A stretch of DNA of 64,000 nucleotides from Octopus vulgaris. Taxonomy: Eukaryota. The translations under genes and the position numbers were made by a program. Shown in pieces: positions 10,931 through 22,476 of the stretch. Below the pieces are notes generated by a model. It was not told the origin of the DNA and did not search any database. It worked only from the letters and a program-made list of their open reading frames with translations. Each line of letters begins with the position of its first letter. Within the stretch, counting starts at the first letter, position 1. The stretch is from assembly GCA_951406725.2 (NCBI GenBank), contig OX597814.1, positions 187,178,001 to 187,242,000 of the forward strand, written 5' to 3'.

Positions 10931-11223
10931 GATACTATTTAAGAAGATTGGTCCCGGTCCGCGCACTCGCGCTAGCTAGTAGTGACTAGTCGATCCTACA
11001 ACGACTACCTAGCAAAGTAAATAAAACACAGAATAAATTTTTTTTTCCCAAAGTAAATATTTTTTATTAAAACAAAGTAATTAAAACACAAAAACACAAC
11101 GTAAATAATTTTTTAAACAAAGTAAACAAAACACAAAGTAAGGATCGACTAGTCACGACTAGCTAGCGCGGATGCGCGAGTACACGAGTGCGCGCACCGG
11201 GACCACTCTTCTTAAATAGTACC
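10931..11223. mobile_element. Mutator (MULE)-type MITE with 9-bp TSD
   Basis: About 65-80 bp TIRs G(A/G)TACTATTTAAGAAGA.TGGTCCCGGT...CTAGTCGATCCT; perfect TSD CATATCTAC at 10922-10930 and 11224-11232. Confidence 0.85.
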
Positions 11224-11336
11224 CATATCTACTACATGCTTCTCTAGAATCGACCAGTGTATAGTGCCACCTCCCATTGCACATTTTATCCCGGGTATAC
11301 TCCTTAATAAGTCTTCATTTAATCTCCAAACCCTTA

Positions 11337-11470
11337 CCTATTTCTTTACTACCCACAAGGGGCTAAACACAGAGAGGACAAACAAGAACAGACAAACGGA
11401 TTAAGTCAATTTTATCGACCCCAGTGCGTAACTGGTACTTATTTAATCAACCCCGAAGGCAAAGCCGGTA
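11337..11470 (-). mobile_element. Nin-core SINE 3' fragment
   Basis: TATTTCTTTACTACCCACAAGGGGCTAAACACAG is the reverse of the family tail. Confidence 0.75.
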
Positions 11471-11606
11471 TATACGGTATTTGCATTGTAAGTATTACAA
11501 ATTTCAAACTGCCCTTGAGATTCAAAAGCCTCTTATGTGTTCAGGCAGGAAAAAAAAAAAAAAACGCACATCAAACAAAAAATGGTCAAGCTGTGAATCG
11601 GAGCAG

Positions 11607-11654
<48 letters not shown>

Positions 11655-11659
<5 letters not shown>

Positions 11660-11875
11660 ACTTGTTTCAGTCATTTGACTGCAGCCATGCTGGAGCACTG
11701 CTTTTAGTCCAACAAATAGACCTCAGGACTTATTTTTTCTAAGCCCAGTACTTATTCTATTGATCGTTTTTGTTGAACCGCTAGGTTACAAGGATGTAAA
11801 CATACCAACATTGGCTGTCAAGCGATGGTGGAGCGACAAACACAGACACACACACACACATGTATATACACATAC
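11655..11875 (-). mobile_element. CORE-like SINE 3' half
   Basis: Matches the reverse of about 10380-10576. Confidence 0.8.
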
Positions 11876-12489
11876 ACGAAAGTTCAGAATCTATGGGTGG
11901 CTTATGCGCATGCATGTACATGCACATACAGGTAGAAGATGCACAGAAACATACATATAACTGTCTAATTGCTATGAAGGTATGATATTGTGGAGGAAAA
12001 AGTTACAGAGGTTTAAAAATTAAAAAAAACGCGTATTTTTAGCCAATAGTGTGACAGAAATTTTCTGCGTTTAGCAGAGTGGAGTCAACTTTAAGGTTGT
12101 ACCCTGTGAAATTTATAGTTTAGCGTCTGTGAAATGACCTCTTTATTGTAGGTTTCTAAATAAACAGAAATATCTAATAAAATCAACATGTATCATCTTC
12201 ATTGATTGTATGTTTTTATTATTTTTTAAAAATTTGTTATATTAATATATTTGTCAGCATGTATTTACTTCATGCGTATTTCAAGGTTATGTATACCTGT
12301 CATGTATTTATGTACATCATTAGTGTGTGTGTATGTATGCGTGCATATGTATGTGTGTGTGTGTGAAAAGGGGAAGTCTGTCTCCAAAACTTTAAAGTTG
12401 AGTCACGTTTTCATGCTTGGATTTGTAAACTACGATAAGAATAACACTGGCCAACAAAGAATTTGTCCCAAGAAAAAGGAATACCTGTA

Positions 12490-12985
12490 ACATCATCATC
12501 ATCATCATCATTAACGTCTGCTTTCTATGCTAGCATGGGTTGAACGATTTGACTGGGGACTGGCAAACCAGATGGCTGCACCAGGCTCCAATCTGATCTG
12601 GCAGAGTTTCTACTGCTGGATGCCCTTCCTAACGCCAACCATTCTGAGAGTGTAGTGGGTGCTTTTACGTGTCACCAGCATGAGGGCCAGTCACGTGGTA
12701 CTGGAAATGGCCACGCTCAAGTGGTGTTTTTTACATGCCACCTGCACAAGAGCTAGTCCAGCAGCTCTGGCAACGACCTTGCTCGAATGCTTTTTCACGT
12801 GCCACCGGCACAAGTGCCAGTAAGGCGACGCTGGTAATGATGACGTTTGAATGGTGTTTTTTACGTGCCACCGGCACGGAAGCCAGTTGGCTGCTCTGGC
12901 AGCAATCGCACTTGGATGGTGCTCTTAGCGCTCCACTGGCATGGGTGCCAGTCATCGAATTTGCGAATTTGATTTGATTTCGAAT
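12490..12985 (-). mobile_element. RTE 3'-end family copy with ~58-bp UTR tandem repeats
   Basis: (CAT)n tail, core, repeated TTTTACGTGCCACCGGCAC units. Confidence 0.85.
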
Positions 12986-13257
12986 TCGCAAATTCAATGG
13001 TGTTTTTGCTTGTAGAATTAAAAGATAATGTCAAATTATCTGTACTAAGTTCACATATTCCATTCACCTTCATAATGCCAAGAAACTTTTGCTATATATG
13101 AAAAATATGTAAAATATTAAGACAATTGACGAAAAATATCTATAATAAAATTCTAATTGATAAATATAAATTTTTATTAAAACAAAACACGTGGGAAGTA
13201 AATCTCGTAGTGTGAAGAATCAACACAACAATCTAGTGAAACACAACACAATGTGCG

Positions 13258-13303
13258 GTTGTCATGGTAACAGGCTGTTGACACCTCACTGTCTGTTGAT
13301 TGG
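13258..13303. promoter_or_regulatory. RFX X-box-like palindrome plus reverse CCAAT box
   Basis: GTTGTCATGGTAAC (13258-13271) fits the RFX consensus GTNRCCATGGYAAC with one mismatch; ATTGG at 13299-13303; function unproven. Confidence 0.3.
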
Positions 13304-13499
13304 CTAAAATTACCCAAATTTCCCAACTTTAATTCCAAATAACATCAGATTCTTTAATTTATGAGATAAAGTAATCAGTTGATCGTTATCAAAATTCAGA
13401 GTCGCATTGATACACCAAAATTGAAAGCAATCTGAACAAAATTAAAGGGGGCTCATTTTGTGAATGAAAAAGACTAGATCCAAATTCTAGCCTTCTGTG

Positions 13500-14727
13500 C
13501 TTCAGGTGCTCTGCTGGGATATTGTTCACTCCTCATGAGTTTTCATCTTTGAGCATGCCTGGCATTGTCCAGGTTGCATATTGACTGAATTTAGTATGAA
13601 AGAGTTCTTTACATCGCCTTCAAATCTTCAATGACAAACAGTAGCAACAGAATGCTTTATTTTATTAGCATTTATGGTATCCCCAAAGTAGCTTTACTAT
13701 TACTATTCCTAGATTCAACGTTACCACATTGGTCTGTTATCCATTTCTCGATTCCTTCGTTTTCTGTCTGATCTCATTCACAGTGGTGTGTTGCTGAACT
13801 GCTTCATAATCTGTAAATTGGATTTTATTCAGATCCTGTCTTGTATCACATAGATTTATGGTGTTATTAGTGTCCCATATTTTATCATTTTCTTCTTTTT
13901 CTAGTATTTCTAAAGCTTATTCAAGAAGTGGTTTCTTCTTGTTGTTAGAGTGTGATGTTTTCTCCTATAAATCTGCTGCACACATTGGCCTCAACTACTT
14001 CTGCAGATTCTGAATCTTTCAATTAGTTGCATTGATTCTTATGCATAGAATTCTTCACTCATTTTTCAAAACTTGGACTTGAGCACCACCAATTCCATGT
14101 CATGATCATATTTGGTGGCCAACATTTGCATCAGGAAAGGTTCTGGTTTTGTCCTTATTAATACCGAGCCAGAATTTTTGAGGTAAGAGAACAAAATTAA
14201 ACTGGTCAGGAATTTCACCATTTGATACATGTCATGTTGCTTATTGACAGATGTTATAGGAGCATGATATATGTTGACTAGTGATCTTGTGACTAAAAAT
14301 CATAGTCTACAAGTATTTGTTTCACCATTCACAAATCTCCAAACATCTGGGCCTACTTTGGCATTCTGGTCTCATGTAAGACGTTTTTCATTGGAACTGC
14401 CTTTATGATTTTTTTTAAGATACCCATGCTGGTGACACATAAAAAGCACCATATGAACATGGCAGATGCCAGCGCTGCCTGACTGGCATCTGTGTCGGTG
14501 ACGTGTAAAAGCACCAACCGATCGTGGCCATTTGTCAGCCTCCCCTGGCTCCTGTGCTGGTGGCACATAAAAAGCACCCATTACACTCATGGAGTGGTTG
14601 GCATTAGGAAGCGCATCCAGCTGTAGAAACACTACCAGATCAGACTGGAGCCTGGTGCAGCCTCCTGGCCTCCCAGACCCCGGTCAAACCGTCCAACCCA
14701 TGCTAGCATGGAAAACGGACGTTAAAC

Positions 14728-14760
<33 letters not shown>

Positions 14761-15100
14761 AATTTTTAAGTCTTTGTAAAACTCTAAGACTGCATCATCA
14801 TCATATTTGAGTGTTTGAACATAGACTTAGAAGATGTTATTGTTGTGCATCTTGCAGCAATACGTATGGCGATGAGTCTTCTGGATACTGGTTTGAAGTT
14901 GATAACTGGGTTTACTCTGTTCTTGTTAACAGTGAAGCCCACTTCTTGTTTGCGCTTAGTCTTCGTTGAATGAATCACAATTTGTGGTCTTCATCATAAT
15001 CATCTCTCACATTTCATTTCTCCTAACTTCAACTAGCCCAGAAATGTCCCATGTGTCTTGGGCAAGGAAATGCTTACTGGCACCCAGCTCCTCTCCATTC
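13500..15100 (-). mobile_element. Degenerate LINE (APE endonuclease and linker, RTE-like), interrupted at 14425-14757
   Basis: WDISGLVEVR...EVGFTVNK..VINFKPVSRRLIAIRI is an APE domain; downstream sequence is heavily decayed. Confidence 0.65.
14425..14757 (+). mobile_element. RTE 3'-end family copy
   Basis: Core plus TTAAAC(GAT)n tail. Confidence 0.85.
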
Positions 15101-15287
15101 AGTCTAGTCTCCCACTGAGTTTAACCTGATAGTAGAAGAAGTAATTACTGGTGTGTGGCTGAGAAAAGATCTCAAAGCCAAAAGCATGCCAGGTTCCCAA
15201 TATCAACTGAACACCCTATAGTATGTGTGTCTCTGCATATATATATGTAGGTGAGTGTGTGTGCAAGTGTACACATGCATATATATA

Positions 15288-16160
15288 TATTGGATTGGCA
15301 GATAAATTCATTCATTTCTTTCCAGTGTTATTTGAATTAACTTGAAAAATATTTTTAACTAGTGTTTTAGGGGTTTTTTTGCCTTATTTTGTATTTTTGT
15401 ATTCATCCTTTTTAACTTCGTCACTTTTAAAATTTGAATAAATTTTATCTCATTTCAAACATGACAATGAAGTGTCAAGTAGAAAAAATTAGCATTTTCA
15501 ACACCTGCCTCTCTTCACTTTCAATTAAGGTTCCAAAGCTGTCAAAGCCACTTGAGACATTTGTGCTGTCCACAAAGAAGGCATTACTACTGAAAGAGCT
15601 GCACAGAAATGGTTTTAAATGTTTCAAGGAGGGGAAATTCAACTTCACAGTTGGTTAACCAGTTTAGGTCAATGCAGGTAGGTTAAACAAGCTCATTCAC
15701 AAGGATCCGAGCCAATCCACTTGGTAATTGGCCCAACAGATGGGATGCTCTCATGATACCATCACCTGTCACCTTCACTTGATAGGTAAAGTCCAGAAAT
15801 TCAGTACATGGGTGGCACATGCTCTGGATAAAAGAGACAAACTCCAACACTCCTCTATGGCTACCAGTTTGCTTGCTTGACACCAGGTTACTCATGGATG
15901 CAAACAAGCATTTCTTTACTGCATCATTGCTGGTGATGAAAAATGGTGTCTTTAGGTCAATAAGAAGCAGAGGAAAGAATGATTGAGTGCCAACAAGCAA
16001 ACAACACCTCGAGCCAAGTCAGAACTGCAATCACACAAGACAAAGATCCATATTTGGTGAGAGTGGGAAGGGTTAAACCATATGAAGTGTTTAGAAACAA
16101 CCACACAGTCAATGCAGAGCTTTTCGTTCAGCAAATGCACCAGCTCAACTCCTACCTGTA
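15288..16160 (+). mobile_element. Degenerate mariner transposon (5' two thirds)
   Basis: TIR-like TTGGATTGGCAGATAAATTC after TA; MKCQVEK..HFQHL.LF, FKEGKF, IIAGDEKWCL, NHTVNAELFVQQMHQL motifs across frameshifts. Confidence 0.85.
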
Positions 16161-16199
16161 CATAAAATTCATTGATGTACTCATTGCTAACTCTCAACT

Positions 16200-16790
16200 T
16201 ACTGACAGCTCCCCTGTACAGGGATTAAATGGGTCTCATAAGCCATTTGTCCACCCTTAGCTTCCTAAAAAGCCACTAGATAACAGAACAAGGGAATCTG
16301 TCAAAGGCTTTCCCTAGGTCAATAATTGCCAAGTACAATTACTTATTTTTAACAAAGTAATTCTTTTGCAGTTGTTTTATTATAGGAAGAAGGTAGCAGT
16401 AGTATTTCTCCCTTGCACAAACCAAACTGCACCTCATCCAGGCTGACACTTTTCCTAATTAACTGAACTGTAACTCCTTCTTACATGACTTGGTCCAGTA
16501 ATTTGATACCTCTGCTACACCAGTCATTTGGTATGATACCACCTGTACGACCTAATTGTCTATATCAGTGACAAGACCATATCCTACATTATCAGATATT
16601 TTAATCATCTCAGCAGATATTCCTGATAGACCCATGTTTATATATCCGAAGTTGCTTTATCTGTCATACAACTGTCAGCTAAGATAGCACATCTCTCATG
16701 TTGGGAAGGTCTTCTTTCTCCTGTGCATTCTTCATATTTAATAACCTTTTGTTGTTGTACTTCCTTTTCAGAATCACTAAATGAAAGTAT
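16200..16790 (-). mobile_element. Degenerate RTE RT fragment
   Basis: Minus-strand DEVQFG and LYLAIIDLGKAFDR motifs. Confidence 0.6.
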
Positions 16791-16794
16791 ACCC

Positions 16795-17260
16795 CACATA
16801 CCCCACCCCTACTCCCACATTAGTAGGGTAGGAGTGGGATGTGTGGGTGTTGGGTGGATGGAGGGGGTATCAATGAAGAAAGTAGGTGGGAAGTAGTGAA
16901 GAGAGGAAGTAGGTGTCAGGGCATGATAGGAGAGGAGAGGTGGATAGGAGTGAAGAGAGGAAGTAGGTGTCAGATGAAGAGAAAAGAGGAGGGGAGTTGA
17001 GCTCATGCAGAACAAAGGAACAAAGAGAGAAGATTAATTCCTGTTCAAGGCGAAGGCGGGAGTCTGGATGGTCCCTGTGCAAAGACAATCCGAACACAGA
17101 CTGGTGTTGTAATGAATGACCAGTAGAGCAGAAATGGCACGAGACTGGGGTGTCGTTGCCAAGTCTAATGTCACAGGGGTGCTCCGCGAACTGGTCAGCC
17201 AAGCAGTGTCCTGTTTGAATTATATACAAAGAAGGACATAAAGAGCAGGAGATGCAGAAA
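16795..17260 (-). mobile_element. Penelope-like GIY-YIG 3' fragment
   Basis: CISCSLCPSLYIIQTGHCLADQFAEH..DIRLGNDTPVSCHF, same family as about 4640-4950. Confidence 0.9.
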
Positions 17261-17261
17261 G

Positions 17262-17679
17262 TGACCTTCGAACGTTGGGCCTCACAGAGGCAATGACGAA
17301 AGACTGAGACCTCTGGAGATATGCTGTAACAGTGAAGACCTGACAAATGAAGTGAGTTCATGGCTCGCAGGACGGCTTGCTGTGCTAACCTTGGATCGTA
17401 GGGCGACCTGCTGTGCTTGAGGAGACCTATTGAGTCAAGTACATCAATATCAAAATAAAAATCAAATGGAAATTGTAGTTGTGATACCCATACCAGTGGC
17501 ACATAAAAAGCACCCACTACACTCATGGAGTGGTTGGCAGTAGGAAGGGCATCCAGCTGTAGATACTCTGCCAGATCAGATTGGAGTCTGGTGCAGCTAT
17601 CTGGTTCACCAGACCTCAGTCAAACCGTCCAACCTATGCTAGCATAGAAAACGGGTGTTAAATGATGATGATGATGATA
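17262..17679 (+). mobile_element. RTE LINE 3' end (second UTR subtype)
   Basis: DLRTLGLTEAMTKD*DLWRYAV ORF end, UTR as at 54540-55090, (GAT)n tail. Confidence 0.85.
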
Positions 17680-17703
17680 ATACATACATGTCTATATATA
17701 CAT

Positions 17704-17769
<66 letters not shown>

Positions 17770-18387
17770 AGTGCAATTTAAACCTTATTGGATGACAAAT
17801 AACCAGTATTTCCAGTATTTAGAACTTCTTGTGTGTTTCTGTTAGTGTATTGTAATTGTATCCTTTATTATGAAATCTGTATTTTGAGTGTTACAGAGTA
17901 TAAGTAGAAAACAAAACAATACATAGATATGCATGTGTGTGAGAATGTGTATATATAAACACACACACACACACACATTAGTATGTGAGTATGTATTCTG
18001 TGAGTGTATATTTGTGTTTGCAAAGATAAATGCATGCAGTTGGAGCGTCAAAGAGAAACAACTGATAAGAAGTCTCAACAAAACTGGTAATCAGAAAATG
18101 ACTTGACATGTCTATATTAACCGCCTTTCTGGCAACGTTTTGTAATCCTCTCTGCTTCCTTCTACTCTGTTGTATGTTAATTTGACCAATAAGTTTTTAT
18201 TATGGAACTTACATTATGCAACTACTAACTACTCTGTGTTAATGAAACATATGTAAGACGGAATTCAATATTTTATAAACAATGTTTAATGTGCTGTTTT
18301 GTTTGATATATATATATACATACAATACACACATATGTATATGTGTGTGTATATATAAGTGTGTGTGTGTGTATATATATATATGTA

Positions 18388-18775
18388 TCATCATCATCAT
18401 CATCATCATCATTTAGCATCCGTTTTCCATGCTAGCATGGGTTGGACGGTTCAACTGGGGTCTGTGAAGCTGGAAGGCTTCATCAGGCCCAGTCAGATCT
18501 GGCAGTGTTTATACGGCTGGATGCCCTTCCTAACGCCAACCACTCCGTGAGTGTAGTGGGTGCTTTTTACGTGCCACCCGCACAGGTGCCAGACAGAGCT
18601 GGCAAACGGCCACAAACGGATGGTGCTTTTACGTGTTACTGGCACGGGGGCCAGGCGAGGCTGGCAACGGACACGAACGGATGGTGCTTTTACGTGTCAC
18701 TGGCACGGGGGCCAGGCGAGGCTGGCAACGGACACGAACGGATGGTGCTTTTACGTGCCACCAACACGGGGGCCA
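18388..18775 (-). mobile_element. RTE 3'-end copy with homogenised ~59-bp tandem units
   Basis: (CAT)n tail, core, then about 3.5 near-identical units ...GGCAACGGACACGAACGGATGGTGCTTTTACGTG. Confidence 0.85.
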
Positions 18776-18793
18776 TATATATATATGTATATA

Positions 18794-18960
18794 CAGTGTA
18801 TCCCCACTTATTCGTGGTTCAGCATTCGTGGTCCTGGTTATTCACGGAACTAATAATTGCTCACAGAAACTACTGCATATTCATGGAATTGTAAATATCC
18901 TCCATGATTTTTTATGGCTTTTTCGTAGCAATATATACTTTTACAAACTTTTTAAGGCTA
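18794..18960 (+). mobile_element. Tigger/pogo-like DNA transposon end
   Basis: TA|CAGTGTATCCCCACTTATTCGTGG terminus typical of Tigger-like TIRs; partner TIR not found. Confidence 0.45.
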
Positions 18961-19029
18961 AATTATTAATAATATCAGGTCATCCCATAAGTTCTGTTCG
19001 AATTTTGAATAAAGAATACAAGTGATCAA

Positions 19030-19440
19030 ATGTTATATTTAATTGAAATTTAACCATCAATGTACTTTTCCTGATTATCTATGACTTCCTTCCATCTATT
19101 TACAAACTTTTTAATCCCATCAATGTAAAACTCTTTTGGTTTCAGAGCGAAGAACTCTGAAATGTCAGTTTCGACCTCCTCCTGGCTTGTGAAAGTTATG
19201 TCCCCCAAATGATTCTGTAAACTACGAAACAAATGGTAGTCTCAAGCTCTTTGATCTTCTGTGATGTGATCTTTGCAGTGTGGGGTCACTCATTGTCCTG
19301 ATGAAACATCACTCCTTTTCGATTCACTAAAGTGGGCCTTTTTTTCTTCGAAGCTTGGTTCAAACACTCTAATTGCTGACAGTACACTTGAGCATTGATT
19401 GTTGCATTAGCTGGTAACAATTCAAAGTAGCAAACACTGG
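19030..19440 (-). mobile_element. mariner transposase C-terminal fragment
   Basis: YFELLPANATINAQVYCQQL...FHQDN..PHTA...DYHLFRSLQNHL....F...FF..KPKEFYIDGIKKFVNRWKEVIDNQEKYID. Confidence 0.92.
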
Positions 19441-19859
19441 AGGAATATTCTGTGATAAAAGAAAAGTTAGGAGAGAAGACAGATAAGAATGTATCTGGTC
19501 TGTGCGACAGACAGGAAAAGAAAGATGGACAATGATCACTTGTGAGCAACAAGAATGTAAAGGCGGAAGAGGGAGAGAGAGAGAGAAATAAAAAAGGTGA
19601 AGGGGAGAAAAAAGAATTAGAGAAAGGATGAGAGAGAAAAAACAAAAGGGGAGAATATGTATAGCGATTCTTTTGTACAAAGAATGCCGATAGAAGATTT
19701 ATGTGTATATGGTGTAACTGAGTCAATGATTGACCAGGATAATTTATAGTTAACTTTTTTGTTTGAATTTAAGTATATATATAGCCAATGAAGTAGCTAC
19801 TCATTATATTCAGTTTAAATGAATGTATATGTGCTAAAAATCTTTGAACCTGTACACCT

Positions 19860-20400
19860 CTAATGTACAACAAACTCATTTTAAATATAATTTAGATATT
19901 ACATTAATTTACTCTATATTGGATCAGTAAACGGCTATTTTTATATTTGCACAAAATATAACAATGACATCTTCCAGTTTTATATAACATCTATAAAAGG
20001 CAAAAATTCAACTACTTTTATTTTCTGCATTTATGGATCACACATAGAAGAGAACAGAATTATGGGATTTATATTTACACACAGCCATTATGGATTACCA
20101 CAGAGGATTTTACCACAGATGTATATTATTTCTTCAAAATTTTTAGCACAAGATTATATCAATGCATATCTACACCAGTAACTTTTTAAACAACATCTTT
20201 TTCATATATTTTTAAATAGCATTCAATTGAAATACACCCTCTTTCTCTCTGATGAGTGGATGTATTACCTAATAATGATTATCAATTTTAGATTCTATTT
20301 TGAAGGGTAATACATCCATGAAACGATCGTAAGATATTTTAAACTTTTTTAAACCTTTTAAATCATCACACTTTATATATTTATACATCTATCTATTAAT
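19860..20400 (+). mobile_element. Old Penelope-like 3' remnant carrying a hammerhead ribozyme
   Basis: Decayed YIGS...NSTT GIY-YIG-like stretch directly upstream of a minimal hammerhead. Confidence 0.45.
20246..20334 (+). ncRNA. Type I minimal hammerhead ribozyme
   Basis: TCT-CTGATGA-[GTGGATGTATTACC...GGTAATACATCCAT, 14-bp stem II]-GAAA-CGATCG-TA-AGA; complete catalytic core, palindromic short stem III. Confidence 0.8.
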
Positions 20401-21032
20401 ACAATATTATTTTAGACGTATATCTTCTGTGATGATTTTTTGATGTAATTTTCCTGCTCTTATCTCTTATGATAAAAGGCAGATTTTCTCTGCCTCTCAC
20501 ATAGTTTCTTTTTAATACAATTGTACAATATAGAATTTCTTCAATTGGAATTTACCTATGATTTTTCGAAGTAGATTCGATTGGGTCATGGCATATAAAG
20601 TTTTTTCAATTTGACCCCCAATTAAGCAAAAATTCGAGAAAACTAATTATTTTACGATTTGCCTCTCTAATTTCAACTGCTTCACTCCTTCTATTACCAC
20701 ACTTTCTCCTACTTTTTCTTTGCAAGTGTACCTTCAACCACTACTCAAAAAAAATACACAGGAAACAGAAACAAATAAATACATAACGATTTACTCCTCA
20801 CACAATTTCTTCAATTGGAATTTACCTATGATTTTTCAAAGTACATTCCATTCTATATTTTATAAATTAAAATTGGTTTTTAATTTACTTTCTGTCGCTA
20901 AGTTTTGGTAGTATTAATTTGCAAGCGTACTTCAGTTGTCAATTGTTGAAAGAAAGAAATTGTAAGCCAAGAAGGTGTGTGTGTGTGCGTGCGTGTGTGT
21001 GTGTATGTATGTGTATTAATGTGTGTGTGTTA

Positions 21033-21423
21033 TCTCTCTCTATATAAAGCTGAAGTTGTCTGTGTGCGCCAGGTTTGGTAACCTTCAACTAACACTATCT
21101 CCTCCAAGACCCTGCGGCGCAAGTTGACCAAAATTGAAAGTATGATAGAAGAAGGCTTGCTCTTCCTTCCATAGAAGATAAAATTCAAATCGGACCATGT
21201 TAACACCAAAAATTATTTACATCAAAAAGGTGCTTTTTTCTATGAAAATCCCTATTTTTTACGATTTTTTCACTGCTGTGTCGCCACTTTTCGGTGTATT
21301 TCAACCAGAAAAATGTTCACTTGAAGAGAATAACAAGCTACATAATGCAAAATTTTTACTTTTCAAAAATTCCAATTCCAACGGGTCGAAACAAACCCGA
21401 GCAATGCCGGGCGATACTGCTAG
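21033..21423 (+). mobile_element. Non-autonomous Helitron
   Basis: A|TCTCTCTCTATATAAAGCTG...CCCGAGCAATGCCGGG..CTAG|T. Confidence 0.85.
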
Positions 21424-21499
21424 TTTTATAATATAATATATAATTGTTCTTATTAGATGTCTAAATACCTTTAATATTTTGATCAAGAAAAAGGAATAA

Positions 21500-21738
21500 T
21501 ACTCTTACTCTTTTACTCTTAACTCTTTTACTTGTTTCAGTCATTTGACTGCGGCCTTGCTGGAGCACCACCTTTAGTCGAAGAAATTGATTCCAGGACT
21601 TATTCTTTGTAAGCCTAGTACTTAATCTATCGGTCTCTTTTGCTGAACTGCTAAGTTACGGGGATGTAAACACACCTGCATCGGTTGTCAAGCGATGTTG
21701 GGGGACAAACACAGACACACAAACATACACACACACAT

Positions 21739-21793
<55 letters not shown>

Positions 21794-21958
21794 TATATAC
21801 GATGAGCTTATTTCAGTTTCTGTCTACCAAATCCACTCACAAGGCTTTCGTTGGCCCGAGGCTATAGTAGAAGAGACTTGCCCAAGGTGCCATGCAGTGG
21901 GACTGAACCTGGAACCATGTGGTTGGTAAGCAAGCTACTTACCACACAGCCACTCCTG
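21500..21958 (-). mobile_element. Full-length CORE-like SINE
   Basis: Reverse copy of 10177-10576 with (ACTCTT)n tail. Confidence 0.9.
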
Positions 21959-22268
21959 TGTTTCATAAAGTAATGTATGAATGAATGATCAACTTATCAC
22001 TGCATATTTTTATCAATGGCTTTACTCTTGATTCACTTATTGCAACCGTTTCAGTGTGATCTTAGTAAGGGACAACTATAAGTCAGTAAGGAAGCCTTTT
22101 TGCTGTTCCTTCATCAGTTAGAAATAACAGCCAGTTCTCTCTCCAGCTTGAACAAGGAAGAATACATTAAAATAATGTAGTCTGAATAGAACAAGACTGG
22201 ATTGTCATGGATGGAAAGTCTAGGCTGACTTTGGGGCTAAAACAACAAGTGCAGGCAAATATGTTTAA

Positions 22269-22476
22269 CCCTTTACAGTGTCAAATGTAATACTTATTTA
22301 TTCAGATTGCTTTGAATTAATCATGCATTATCTCACAGCTTCAAAATGTCAATGATGTGATTGTTTATTTTTAGGATGACATTGTGGGATTAGTTTGAAA
22401 GGCATGATCTAGCCAGCTTGAACATAAAGTAGGTAGAATATTTGGGAGGGATATGGCTGATATAAATGCTAAAGGG
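22269..22476. mobile_element. piggyBac-type MITE
   Basis: TTAA|CCCTTTA...TAAAGGG|TTAA: TTAA TSD and CCC/GGG termini. Confidence 0.8.

Noticed and set aside
16870-17526. 218-aa ORF as a gene
   Set aside because: Chance read-through from antisense RTE UTR into a Penelope GIY-YIG fragment.
18560-18775. Repeat-spacer pattern resembling a CRISPR array (also 12660-12960, 56100-56380)
   Set aside because: The 'spacers' are homologous to each other, the array lies inside an RTE 3' UTR, the context is eukaryotic and there are no cas genes.
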